Assembly: GCF_030144855.1 (NCBI RefSeq)
Contig: NW_026781450.1
Location: 1 to 64,000 of the forward strand
Direction of reading: 5' to 3'
Origin: Hypanus sabinus
Taxonomy: Eukaryota
Length of the DNA: 64,000 nt
Every line of letters starts with the position of its first letter. The first letter of the stretch is position 1. Both the position numbers and the translations under genes were made by a program. The notes beneath the pieces were generated by a model. It had not been told where the DNA came from. It saw only the letters and a program-made list of their open reading frames with translations, and did not search any database. Shown here one piece after another: positions 24,871 through 37,096 of the stretch.

Positions 24871-26715
24871 ACATCCCAGGAATGAAAATGGGAATTAGGT
24901 TCCAAATACTCCGTTAATGACCCCAAATAAATGCATTACCAGAATAGAGCTGCTAGTTACTTTCTTACAATTCCGTGATCCGGGAATCAATTCCTTGCCA
25001 GAAAGTAATCGGCCTTCGCCATGACCGCAGAGCAAGGCGGAGTGTAGCCGCCATCTTGTTTCCTTCAGTGTTGAGGTGAGTGAAGTTATTCTCATTGGCT
25101 CCGGCTCTTGACTCAGTGTTGGCAACGTCACTCAGCTCAGTATCTGAGTGTTTGGAAACATAGGGAATCTCTTTAAATTTTTCACAGACTCTGATCTCAA
25201 TGATATTACGTACATATTTAACGTTGTTTGCTTATTGTGCCTTTGCACAGTTGGCCTTCATTTAGAAATTGTTTGTCCATCTCTTTTCACGGGCGCTATT
25301 GGTTTATTTTAACACATCTGCTGTAAATACCCAGAAATTAATATCAGGGTAGCTTGTGGTGCCACGAGTATGGAGTTAAACAGAGAAACCGGACCATACG
25401 GGCCATAATTGGGTAGGTTGTGATGCGGAGAGTCCACATTATTGCAGCCTCCTCTGGAACAAACGGCCTGTTGGAGAGTCGGAAGTCAAACGGGAGAGAA
25501 GCTGCTCGAGTGGTGTCTGGGATCTTTCATTACGCTGGTTGTTTTAAGGAAGTGGATGGGCTCGGGCGACAGAAGAAAAGGGCAGACAGGCAGTGGCTAC
25601 AGGAGGCATCGGAAACAAAGTCCACCTTTTTGCCAAGTGGTCACAGTTTCGCTGTACTGAGGGATAGATCCGGGCTGGGCCGGTCGGTTCAGGAACCGGA
25701 TTGTTGAAGGGAAGCCGCTGCCCCTGAACGATGTGGTGTAGGGACTTCAGCTTATCTTCCTCCTGCCCGGTGGAAGGTGCGGGGAGAAGGCACAGACCGG
25801 ATGGTGCTGATGGTGGGGAGGGGGGGGGGCGTTCTTTCATGGTGGGTCGTTGCCTTCCTGAGTCAGCTCCCCCTGCGGATACTCAAACAACCACACATTT
25901 CAAGAGTAGAGGTCAGAAGATCTGCACGAATGTCGACGCATGAAGTGGATGGCGGCAGAAGGCCTCCATATTGTACTTTTAAAACTTCTTTTTCGTTTCC
26001 GGTACGGAAGACCCTACGGGACATTATTATTTCAGGAAAATCAGGTCCACCCCATGGGCGTGTAGCTCTTGACAGAGAAACTGAAGGAGCAGGACGTGGG
26101 TGAGGCCTGTGTCAGAGAGGAGCCGGATGTATCGGTGCCGGAGGGAGATGAGCAGACGTACAGCGATCACTGATTTCTGGTGTCCTGCAGGACAATGTTA
26201 ACGTGGAAGGCAGCAAAATTGGTTTCGCTGATTTATCTGCAGACCGTAGCAGCAAACAGCGCGGATGCTCCGTGGCCTCGGTAGGACAATAGACTCGGCC
26301 TGAAGCCACGTTGACGCCCGTTGACTGCCGACCAGCAGAGAAGCGTCGGAGTCCGTAAGCTCCACCGTAGTCAGTGTGGCGCGGCGTCCAGGTTTCAGTC
26401 GATGCTGCGCCCTAGCGTCCAACCGGCAGACAAAACGTTGTATTGTGTCGGACGGCAGGTTGCTGCAACATCCATGAACATATATATATATATTTCAGGT
26501 GACAGTATTTCGCCCTGTGCTTTGTGTGATTGATGGTACTGTGGCTGTCATCCTGGCCCCGGAGTTACACTGTCTCGTTTGGCTCTAATAATGCGTATCG
26601 ATATATGTTTTAGTAACAATTAAAATTAAACTTTAACGCGAAATTCACCTTGAAATGCCTATGAAAGTAAAGTCAATGTCCACGGTCCAGGTAACCGGGC
26701 AGCAGAGAGGGCGGC

Positions 26716-26985
26716 TTATTGTCCAATAAAAATACCACAAGCACGCAGAGAGAACACGTATGATGACAGAGAGAACTCGTACTGCATGCGCAACTCTGGG
26801 CATTTTGGGGCTTCCGCGATAAAACACCGCCAGCTGGATAAACGAGACGGCAGCAGCACGAGCCACTTTACAGCCTGTAATGAGCCTTCTCCCCGGGCCT
26901 GTGCGGGGAGCCAGAGAGCGTCGTGCTCCGAGGTTTTAATCTGGACGTAAAGCACAGAACAGTTCCTACCGACTGACCGAGTCAA
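26716..26985 (-). pseudogene. Probable highly degenerate V relic without RSS
   Basis: ORF reads NCSV...LWL.AQARGEG...CFIAEAP...EFSLSSYVFSLRACGIFIG, which follows the C23, W41, GFTAERP and FR3 register. The Cys104 position is Gly. Confidence 0.45.
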
Positions 26986-27009
26986 GTCGCCCCTGTAACC
27001 AGTCTATTT

Positions 27010-27105
27010 TAACAGTTCCCTAATCAGGACAATGAACCTACTAACCGCTACTTTGATCACTTGAGTGGAAACCGGAACACCCGGAGGAAACCCACGTCCT
27101 CAAGT
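27010..27105 (-). mobile_element. V-SINE core fragment
   Basis: Reverse complement of GGAAACCGGAACACCCGGAGGAAACCCACG. Confidence 0.6.
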
Positions 27106-27695
27106 GAAGGACGTAGAAACTTTTCCACGCACGCGCACAATTATTTCTTCTTTCTCCCTTCCCTCAACAGCAAGCAGCATCAATCATCATGGATTATGCC
27201 ATCCATCCCAGGTTAAGTTCGCTACAGTTGGGATGGAGATATGGGAGCCTTAAATCCTGCACCAGATGTTAGTAAATAATTCAGGGCGCCAGATTCAGCG
27301 AAAGGTTTTCAAAATGCAGGTGCTGTTCTGACCGAGGATTCTGCATTCGCGGCTCAATTGCGCCCTCTGCAGCAATCTCGGATCATGCTCAGGATCAGAA
27401 AGGAGATAAAGAAGGCCAACCCATGAGGTCAACCAGCAACCTGTATGTAATTGGCAGAGGGGTTCAGAACAGCCCGTGAGAAAGCAACGGGGCTTGCGAC
27501 CGTAAGTGGATCCGACGTATCAAAGAATACGAGACTAATCATTTCTCTCGGCATCTTGCTGCTTTCCGACTTTGCCGTGCCGCTGTCTGAATTTTCCCTT
27601 TCGGACTGTGAGGTATTCGCTTTCAATGTGAATTAATGTCGCCTACTACCCTGTTGGGTTTTTGCTCGAGGCTTCCGTCGTTGGCAGTCGCTGTG

Positions 27696-27990
27696 CAGAC
27701 TGCGAGCGCAGAAATATGTGGCCGTGTGGTTCAGCTGCAGGCGAGATGAGCTCAGAGTGAAGGCGGCGTTACTCGGCCGGTTGGCGGTGAACCCCTCCAC
27801 CTCCGTGTCCGGGGTCACGCTTCGAGCAGTCATGGAGTAGAATAGGTTCTGCGGCTCCCGCCCCGGGTTCTGCCTGTACAGTATAGTTGAGAAGTTCTGC
27901 CGTCCTCAATGATGCATTGGAGCGTCACCGCCTCGCCGAGAGACTGAGAAACAGCGGCGCGGGTCTGGCGGATAATCGCCGAAATCGTAT
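27696..27990 (-). pseudogene. TRBV: V8: TCR beta V pseudogene, single-copy family D (CARS)
   Basis: AIIRQT..VTLQCIIEDG..LY, then a 1-nt deletion in the Trp41 codon, then YRQNPG..LFYS..GFTANRP..TYFCARS. The splice acceptor reads GG instead of AG. RSS CACAGCG (27689-27695), 23 bp, GCAAAAACC (27657-27665). Confidence 0.9.
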
Positions 27991-28744
27991 CCGGTAATAG
28001 AAAGCGAGAAGAAGAAGTTATTGAATAAAGATCACCGGACGCAGAGATGAGATGGAGTAAAAGGGAGACGGCATGACGAAAAGCGNNNNNNNNNNNNNNN
28101 NNNNNNNNNNNNNNNNNNNNNNNNNNNNNNNNNNNNNNNNNNNNNNNNNNNNNNNNNNNNNNNNNNNNNNNNNNNNNNNNNNNNNNNNNNNNNNNNNNNN
28201 NNNNNNNNNNNNNNNNNNNNNNNNNNNNNNNNNNNNNNNNNNNNNNNNNNNNNNNNNNNNNNNNNNNNNNNNNNNNNNNNNNNNNAGGGAGACAGAGAGC
28301 GAGAGAGAGAGAGAGTGAGCGAGAAAGAGNNNNNNNNNNNNNNNNNNNNNNNNNNNNNNNNNNNNNNNNNNNNNNNNNNNNNNNNNNNNNNNNNNNNNNN
28401 NNNNNNNNNNNNNNNNNNNNNNNNNNNNNNNNNNNNNNNNNNNNNNNNNNNNNNNNNNNNNNNNNNNNNNNNNNNNNNNNNNNNNNATGCACCGAGGCAA
28501 TCACCACTTGTCTACCGTTGTGAAAGGGATGTGGTAAGTCAAGAAAAGACTGGTGATAATTCGGCAGAGTATAATCGCGCATGCCTCGATTCACATTGGC
28601 CAAAAGAAGCATGGGGCGTGGCCATACGTTTCACCAATGACCATTCAGGTCACTGAGTTACATCACAATCGGGGCGAAAGTGAATGGATTCATTGCTCCT
28701 GAACACAACACTTTCACTCGGGACGGAATAAAGTTCCAGGGAAG

Positions 28745-29324
28745 ATGTTGCTGTTTCTCCAGCTGATCGTCTGCTTCCATTGTGAGGGAAATTTGCTAAT
28801 ATTATTTCCTCTCTTTTCCCTAGGGTGATCCTCAATTCCTTTCGTCCTGTGCCTTTTCTATCTCATTATGCGCTTTTCCTCCGCACATTTCCATCCTCAC
28901 TATAATCTTTCTTCGTACCGACCGCCGCCCGAAGATACAACAAATTCCAATCCTCCCTCTTCTATACACCGCCGTTCTCGCTTCCGCACACTCACCTCAT
29001 TTCACTCCCACTCTCTTCCTCAGATGTGACCCCCGGTGACGATCCGCCAGATTCCAGCTTTCTCCAGTCCTACCGAACGGGCTGTGACGCTGAACTGTAC
29101 TGTCGAGGGGAGTAGTAACACGGCTGATACGATGTTCTGGTACAGGTATTACCGGGGACAGGGTCTGCAGAACTTGTTCTGCTCGACATATGTCGGACGC
29201 GTAGACCCAAAGGGGTCGCTGTACGGCTTTACCGCAGAGAGGACCGAGCAGCTACAGCTTCAGGCTGAGTTCCGGCGGCTTGGAGGCGAATTCGTCAGCC
29301 GTGTACTTCTGTGCCTGGCGTGAT
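28745..29324 (+). pseudogene. TRBV: V9: family A2 V pseudogene (paralog of V14 and V2)
   Basis: Leader 28745-28781; exon from 29024. Extra C in the run at 29030-29034 and an extra A at about 29243. RSS CACAGCG (29325-29331), 23 bp, nonamer with an inserted T (ACTAAAAACC). Confidence 0.9.
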
Positions 29325-30520
29325 CACAGCGAGTGGGTCAGACGGAGGAGCTGAACTAAAAACCTCACCGGCTTGATGTAAGTCTGAGCGAGTGTTTGAG
29401 CCTGTCCGACAGGTGGCGCTTCGTTGCTGTCACTGAAGAAACAAAGGGCGACGATATCGCATCTGCTCTTGTCATGACTTACAATGACTGAAGCGATTCT
29501 GCACAGACATCTTTGCAGCCGTTCTAATTTTTTTTTTTTGCTCAGGTTAAAGCTTCCGATGATCAGATAGAGAGATACTACCCTCATCTTAATTCGCCAC
29601 CCAGTAAATACTCCACATTTAATCCCTGACATTCATTGGTCGAAACACAAAATGGTAGGACAATTGGCGTGTTGAGAAACAGAGGGACCTGGGTGTACAA
29701 AGGTAGGGCGCACACTGTGAACGGCGTGAAATGATCAGGAACAGTGGGACTTCAGTGCAGAAGGGCAGGACACACACCGGGAATGGTGCACAACGATGAC
29801 AAACAGCGGGCCTGCGGTGCAGAAGGATAGGACATACACAGTGAATTGTGTGAAGTGATGACGAACACCGGGCCATCGGTGTAGAAGGGTAGGACTCAGA
29901 GTGCATGGTGGGAAGTGTCGAGGGACCGGGGGATCCCGGTGAACAGGGGTATGACACACACAGTGAATGGTGTGAAGTGATGTGGAACACGGGGACCTGA
30001 GGTGAACAGCCTGTCCTACACTCGGTAGGTTCAGCACTCAGGGACCTCAGGAATGGAAATCTTTCACGCACAACAGAAACCTGCCGTCAACAACAACAAA
30101 AGAAAAAAAACCGGTAAGCCGAATGTCATGATGGAAGACGGCATGGTGTTGTTATTCGTTGGAGTAGATGGCGCAGGCATTTCTTCCCTTGACGTTCAAA
30201 TGAGGGAAATTCTTCCGTACAAGGAACTTAACAATCAGTACATGACCGTGTTGATCCTAACTTGCCTGTGAGGGAAATTAGATTGAGACTTCTCGCCCAT
30301 TTGTCCCGTGACCCATCTCTGTGGGCACTTCCTCAGCTGCACCTGAGGGAGGTCTATCTCTCGAATCGGGGCAGGTTCAAGGAAGGGGCGTGGCTGATTG
30401 CTGCTTGGGTTAAACTACATTACGTCACTGGGATACGTAACAAACGGGGTCGGAGTGAATGGATTCATCTCTGCCGCACGCACCGCGTCCATCAATGTGA
30501 GGTTAAACCCGCCAAGGAAG

Positions 30521-31155
30521 ATGTTTCTGTTTCTGCATTTCATCCTCGCCTTCCGCTGTGAGTGAAAGTCCACAAATATTGTTTTTTTCTTTCTGCTTCT
30601 GCCTACATTTTACATTCCCTTCACTTGCTTTTCCCTTCATTAGTCTCGAAATCATTCCTTATTTCTCCACCTGCCATCGCGTCCGCGCATACTATCCGCC
30701 CACGCCCACCGTCTATAAATTCCCACCTCCTCTGGAGCTTTCCCCGGCTCTGTCATCCCTTTCCGTCCCTCAATGCACCCTCTTTCTCCCCTTCCCAATT
30801 GACCCGGGTCCCAGTGTTTAATCACCGCATTTTGCCTCACCCGCCTCTTTTTCCAGACGCGACGGCAGTGACGATACACCAGACTCCGGCTTTCTCCGGA
30901 CCCCCCGGCAGAATGTGACCCCTGCGTTGCACATTCGAGGGTAGTACCAGTGCTAACAACTACTTGTACTGGTACCGACAATCCCCGGGAACCGGTCCGG
31001 AGTATATGTTTCACTCGAGCAGAGCTAATTCCGTGCTGCCAGAGAAATTGGTCGGCGGTTTTACGGCGGAGAGACCGCAGACGGAAGAGTTCTTCCTGAA
31101 GTCCGACAAACTGGAGGCGGATTCGTCGGCCGTGTATTTCTGCGCCTGGAGTGAT
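30521..31155 (+). pseudogene. TRBV: V10: family A1 V pseudogene (paralog of V15)
   Basis: Leader 30521-30557; exon from 30857. A -1 then +1 indel pair brackets a TGA at 30916-30918. RSS CACGGCG (31156-31162), 23 bp, ACAAAAACC (31186-31194). Confidence 0.88.
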
Positions 31156-32239
31156 CACGGCGGCTCAGACTGACGGGGCAGCTGTACAAAAACCTCGCCG
31201 TCAGAAGTGTTACTGTTGTCAGCAAAACAGGAAACACGTCTACTGTCGATCATAGTGTGGGAGGTGGGCCTGTCGTACAGTCGTGTGCTCCGCGTGTCCA
31301 ATCAGTGAAGTAAAGGGCGATGCCATTGTACCGCAGCTTTGAATTTCTTCCACTTCTGAAGCATTCAGTTGACAATCCGCACACTCACCTCTCCACTCCA
31401 TTCTTCCCTGTTACGTGCGCGCCCCCCCCCCCACACATCATCGGCCTGGGAGGATGGGAAACTTTGAGTTCGCCTATAATGTTCACATCTCTACGTTCAG
31501 TTTACCCATGAGTGGAAACACAGAATACGAGGAATACTGGCGGTTCGGGAACAGAAGAATCTCGGGGTATTAGGTTTTGATAAAAAAAAACTCCGAGATG
31601 TTTGAGAATATTGAGGAACAGAGGGGTTTCGGTAGAAAAGTTGGCTGGCTGGCTGGTGTAGGGCCCAGAGCCGGATAAGGCGAGTCGCTGCTGACAAAAT
31701 CCTTCCGCCCTCTCGCTGCCACACTTGGGGTCAGAGAGAAGATTGACTTTCCGTCTCAACCAGCTGGCTGGTGCTCCCTCGGACACTCTATACTGGCTCT
31801 TCCTCCACGCTCTGTACTTACTGGCATTTTGGATCAGCTAACGTGAAATATCACTATCGCCTGCTGTTCCCGCATACCTTCCGTCTGTCCCGGCCGTTCC
31901 CCTCCATACAACATCCAGGCGGCTTTTCCCCATTCTCTTCCTGTCTCAGCCCTACAGACAACATTTGTCCTCTAATCTTCTCTTGTCTTTTCCTACCGTT
32001 TCTCAAACAGGCCGCTTATTTTAAGGGTATGGTGAAGTGGCGTTTAGTTTCTGCAACCGAAGCCAAACACGGTTGAAGCTCTATTCTGGTTGCGTAATCC
32101 CTGCCCTCGGGAACATTGGCCAATTATTTTAAACCGGCTTCCCATTGATGTGCGCCTCCCAGCTTCAAATCGTCCGTACGTATCTGCATTGCATGAACTC
32201 ACCTCGGGCATTATCGTCAGTCCGAAGGCGTTCACCGTA

Positions 32240-32254
32240 GCGGAAGTGACGTCA
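32240..32254 (+). promoter_or_regulatory. ETS-CRE composite GCGGAAGTGACGTCA, V11 promoter
   Basis: Exact 15-mer 107 bp upstream of the ATG, followed by TTATCA, ACCACA and AGATAG. Confidence 0.75.
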
Positions 32255-32361
32255 TCGCCACAAAAACAACGAGAATCTCTTTCCCTTATCAGACCACACA
32301 GATAGACTTCCCTGAGAGCTGGCTCTGAGCTTCACATAGAGGAAACATCCTCATCCTCTAG

Positions 32362-33257
32362 ATGATGGTGCGGAGGATTGTTCGCCTCCCGCTGATCGTG
32401 GCGATGATCTCACGTAAGTACAAATCACAGATCTCGGGGAAAGGGTGTGGAACGACGTGCTTCAACATCGTACGTGTTTGGACTTGGCAGATCTTCTGGA
32501 CATGAGGCCGAAGGTTTTGATGCCTACCTTGCTACTCATGAGCCGAATGTGAAAGCGCCTTCCCACTGATAAATCCTTGCCGCGCTGGCCGAACAGACCC
32601 GATTGAAATTGCGCGTCTCCTTCGGTTTCGCTAAGCTCGGAAGCGGGTATCGGGATTACTCCGAGGGTGTGTGGGGTTCTGCGCCAAAATTGAAACTAGA
32701 CCAAATGAGATTATGCTTAACGACATTTAAACCCGCTTCCTCACTGCGGTTCGAAGAGTCTCATTTTGTCTGAATTAGAGGGCATGTGTGTCAGGATGGT
32801 GTATTGCGCCAATTTCACGGTGCAGAATAGTGTGAAACTTCGGGTTAACCGGAGAGTGGACAGAATATTTTGGGAACGCCAGCCCATTCCTGCTGTCAAG
32901 ATCACACGCGAACTGATCAGACATTCAGGGAAATTGGAGTCTAATCGATTTTCTGTTTTACAGGGATTCTGACCGTGTTCGTTGACCAGTCGCCTCCCTC
33001 CTTGTCAATCAGAGAGGGTGAGACGGCGAACGTCTCGTGTACGCTGCTGAAAACGGACTATCCAATCTTGTATTGGTACAGGCAGCGACCCGGCCAGGCA
33101 ATAGATTGTCTCTTCTATTCTGCTGGACAAGGATTGGTCACGAACTACACATCCGATTCCTACACAGCGTCAAGACCCAGCAGCACTCTGTTTAAACTGG
33201 AACTGGGACGGACATCGGCCTCCCACTCCGCCGTCTAATACTGCGCTTGTAGTAGCG
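32362..33257 (+). pseudogene. TRBV: V11: family B V pseudogene (paralog of V16)
   Basis: Leader 32362-32413; exon from 32964. Single nonsense change TAC>TAA at 33236-33238, two codons before Cys104. RSS CACAGAA (33258-33264), 23 bp, ACAAAAACA (33288-33296). Confidence 0.92.
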
Positions 33258-34029
33258 CACAGAACTTCAGATCACGAGTCTCCCACTACAAAAACATTCC
33301 GGCCTCCAGCAGGGTGGTTCAGTGGCCTTGTTGTACCAGTAGGTGGCAGCACAAGACCATGTTCGGCTGCCCCCTTCTGTCACGAACGAGGCACGAGGCT
33401 GCCTTTCCACGCATGCTTTTTCTATCTCGGATATCACATCGACGTGCATAGGGGCTTTGATGAATAACGGTCTGCTGTACCATCTGCTCTGGAATTGACG
33501 GCAAGAAACCCGAGAGGACCCTGCCCACAGCTCAGCAAATCGCTCAAATGTCCCCTCTGTCCGTCCACCTTGTTACTTCAGTAAAGCAGCCAATGATAAT
33601 AAAGGCTCCAGTCACCAATCCAGCAGCTTCTCAGCCTTCTTTACCCTACTCTTATGCTCGAGGATGGGACAATAATGTGGATTCCTGACTTCACAATCTA
33701 CCTCTCTGTAGCCCTGTTCACCCTCCCCGCGGCTTTCTCTGTCAAATTTAAAAATTATTGACGAATCATATTCTACACCACTGCACTGTGACCTTTATGC
33801 AAGACCAGCTTTTCACCGTAACTCCTGAGATGCAGCAAATGTAAACGGATTTATTAATTTATCTTTCTCTATCTCAATTCAAAATGTAATGAATTGATTT
33901 CTGCGCGCAAGCTTTTCATGGAATATCTGCACAGGGAGTTCAATGTGGCCAAGCACTGTAATTCCGATTCCCATTATCCTTCCGACGTGTCAGTCCATGA
34001 CGGCCCCTCTTGTCAAGAGGAGGTCACCC

Positions 34030-34350
34030 CCAAGGTAGACTAATAACTTCTTATATTTCATCTGGCTACCCTTCAATCTGATGGTGAGTATTACTGTTAC
34101 ATTTTACTTCTTCTCGCCTGACTATTGCTTCCCCATTGGCCCTCTCCTCCTTCCCCTTCCCCTGTTTTCAGTCTCCTGTCCTATCTTATTCATACCACTC
34201 CAGCCTTTGACCTTTCCCTTCAACCTGACTTCACCTATCACATTCCAGGGGGCGTTTAACCCATCCCGCAACTTTTAATTCTGGCATCGTCCTTCAACGC
34301 CTCCCCGTGTACTTTTCACTCTCAGTCCTGATAAACGGTCTCGGCCGGAA
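34030..34350 (+). mobile_element. Penelope-like 3' fragment
   Basis: Degenerate ..LIFHLATLQSDG plus tail, homologous to 43050-43375, 51010-51325 and 63570-63845. Confidence 0.55.
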
Positions 34351-34664
34351 GCATCCAATGTTACACTTTACTATAAGGCCATCAAGACCGCTGGAGCACT
34401 AGATTCCGGCCACAGTAAAAACCTTCCACCTATTCACCAAAAGATGTGGAATCTGCCTTTAGCCGCTTGGGGGCAGCAGCACTCAGTGTATCGCTGCACA
34501 TTGCCCTGATCGAACTGCACACAGCAACGCGCAAAAGTTATGACGGTGCATCTGTAAGAGTTTGTCCTACGGATGCATCTGTACAAATGCTAATATCTGG
34601 CACATGCATCTACGCCTTGTATAATTATGTAATTAATGGGGGAGACCTCGGTTTGGTGACATCC

Positions 34665-35185
34665 TGTACCTAATAAAATGGCAACTCACAGTATGTTCGT
34701 GGTCCTCTGCCATTGCAGCCAATCCGCTCCAAGGTTCAATATATTGTGCATTCAGAGATTCTCCTCTGCACACCACTGTTGTAACACGTGGTTACTTGAA
34801 ACACTGCCGCCGTCCTCTCAGCTTGAAAGAGTCTGACCGGTCTCCTCTGACATCGGCCATTAACCGGGCGTTTTCATCCATGTAATTACCACAAGTGTTT
34901 CACGACATTCTCTGTCAACACAAGAGAAAGTAGTGTGTGAATATCCGAGGATTTCAGTCGTTTCTGAGATAGACAACCTCTCCGGATTGGCACCAATAAG
35001 CATTCTACAATCAAAAGTAAATTAAAACACATTTCTTCCCTATTCTGATGATTGGACTGAATCGCAATGGAACCTCTTGACCATCTCTGCATGTTCTTAT
35101 GTATTGACGCTGCAACACGATTGGCTGATGAGACATTTGCATTAACAAGTGGGGTGTAGAACTGTCTACTAAAGTGGCCACGTCA
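34665..35185 (-). mobile_element. Tc1-like fragment (segmental-duplication copy)
   Basis: Reverse complement of the 19315-19835 element, with matching flanks. Confidence 0.8.
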
Positions 35186-36649
35186 TCTGGGTAATTTGAA
35201 TATATACGTGGATTTATACGATTGTAATTTTGAGAAGGACACAATAATTGACGACGTCATGGATGTTAGAGCGGGTTCTCAGCGGAGAAGGCGGGATATC
35301 TGTGTAGTCACTGCGTATCTGTAGCTGATAATGATGCCATGGAGTGTATGTTGTGCTGCTTTTATTATCAAACTCGGCAGACCTTGGCTGCAACCTCATC
35401 TTTCGCAGTATTCTGTCTAGAGGAGCGATTGGCCAACCCGAGGCAGGAGCACATTGAGTTCCTACTGATCTTTCGCTTCTTTTCCTACCAGGAGACAAAC
35501 GACGTTCTGTGTTTGCTGTATAACCACAACTTCTGCATCGACTCGCCACGAAATTCCCTGAAACATTCACGCGCTTTCAGTCTGCGGGTCCAGAGTCAGT
35601 GAACCAGTGGACACACACAAATGCATTATGGATAGTTCCGCANNNNNNNNNNNNNNNNNNNNNNNNNNNNNNNNNNNNNNNNNNNNNNNNNNNNNNNNNN
35701 NNNNNNNNNNNNNNNNNNNNNNNNNNNNNNNNNNNNNNNNNNNNNNNNNNNNNNNNNNNNNNNNNNNNNNNNNNNNNNNNNNNNNNNNNNNNNNNNNNNN
35801 NNNNNNNNNNNNNNNNNNNNNNNNNNNNNNNNNNNNNNNNNNNNNNNNNNNNNNNNNNNNNNNNNNNNNNNNTATATACATATATACGTACATACATACT
35901 TACATAGATAGATAGTTGGATGGATAGACAGATACAGATATAAAGCAAGTTCACAGTTCATTCTTAATTTTTGACGTATTGCATTCCATACCTTGGGTCA
36001 GTAATATTGAGTATTTCTGTTCTATCCAGGAAAAGCAAAGAATTTCCCATAGCTGATGTAGCACCACAGCTTCTTCATTCACCTAACACGAAATCCCTGT
36101 GGCGTTCACGCGCTTTCAGCATCTGAGTCAGGGATGCGGAGAAATATTCAGAAGCATTTGGAATAATTCAGGTAGATCCGTGGAGAGATACATAAATGCA
36201 TAGATACATAGATAAATACATGCAAANNNNNNNNNNNNNNNNNNNNNNNNNNNNNNNNNNNNNNNNNNNNNNNNNNNNNNNNNNNNNNNNNNNNNNNNNN
36301 NNNNNNNNNNNNNNNNNNNNNNNNNNNNNNNNNNNNNNNNNNNNNNNNNNNNNNNNNNNNNNNNNNNNNNNNNNNNNNNNNNNNNNNNNNNNNNNNNNNN
36401 NNNNNNNNNNNNNNNNNNTATGTTTCTTTAATCAAGCGACACTGCAGAAACTGCGACCGACCACTCTCTTTCGGTTTTCTACTGAAGACAAAAGTAGAAC
36501 GTACCGCCCATCAATTACACAGGAAGTGATAGACGTCATAGGGCCAATCGGCAGCAGCAACTATATCGAGCAACGCAGTACATTTCTTAGGAAAGCTTGT
36601 CTTCAACGGCACTCCACCCCAAAGTCCGCCAGGGTCTACTCTGCAAACG

Positions 36650-37096
36650 ATGATGCGGGGAACATATTGCCTTCCGCTGATCGTGGCATTGATCCCGCGT
36701 AAGTCAGGTTAACAGTGGTTCTGGGGAAGGTAATTCAGTTTCAGAGAACGGGCTACCATTTGTTGAGAGAAATTAGACTCTAATTGAATTTCTCCCTTGC
36801 AGGGATTCTGGCCATATATGTGGAACAGTCGCCCCTTTCCCTGACAGTTGGATTGGGAGAGTCAAGCACCGTCCAATGCACGCTGCTGAATTCGGACTAC
36901 AATCATATGTATTGGTACAGACAGCGACCGGACGGGGCAATAGAAGCTCTTTTCTATTCTATTGGGAAAGATATAGTCAACAGTTTCACGTCAGAGTCCT
37001 ACGCGGCAACAAGATCCAGTAGCACTTTCTTTCAGCTGGAACTAAAGAATGCCTCGCACTCTCACACGGCCGTCTATTTCTGCGCCTGTAGTAGCG
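36650..37096 (+). CDS. TRBV: V12: intact TCR beta V gene, family B2 (short intron)
   Basis: Leader 36650-36698 (MMRGTYCLPLIVALIP, GTAAGT). Exon 36803-37096 ends YFCACSS. RSS CACAGAG (37097-37103), 23 bp, ACAAAAACT (37127-37135). Confidence 0.95.

Noticed and set aside
32233-32268. RSS-like CACCGTA...ACAAAAACA in family B promoters (also about 49228-49263)
   Set aside because: The spacer is 20 bp, neither 12 nor 23. The region is explained by the ETS-CRE promoter element.
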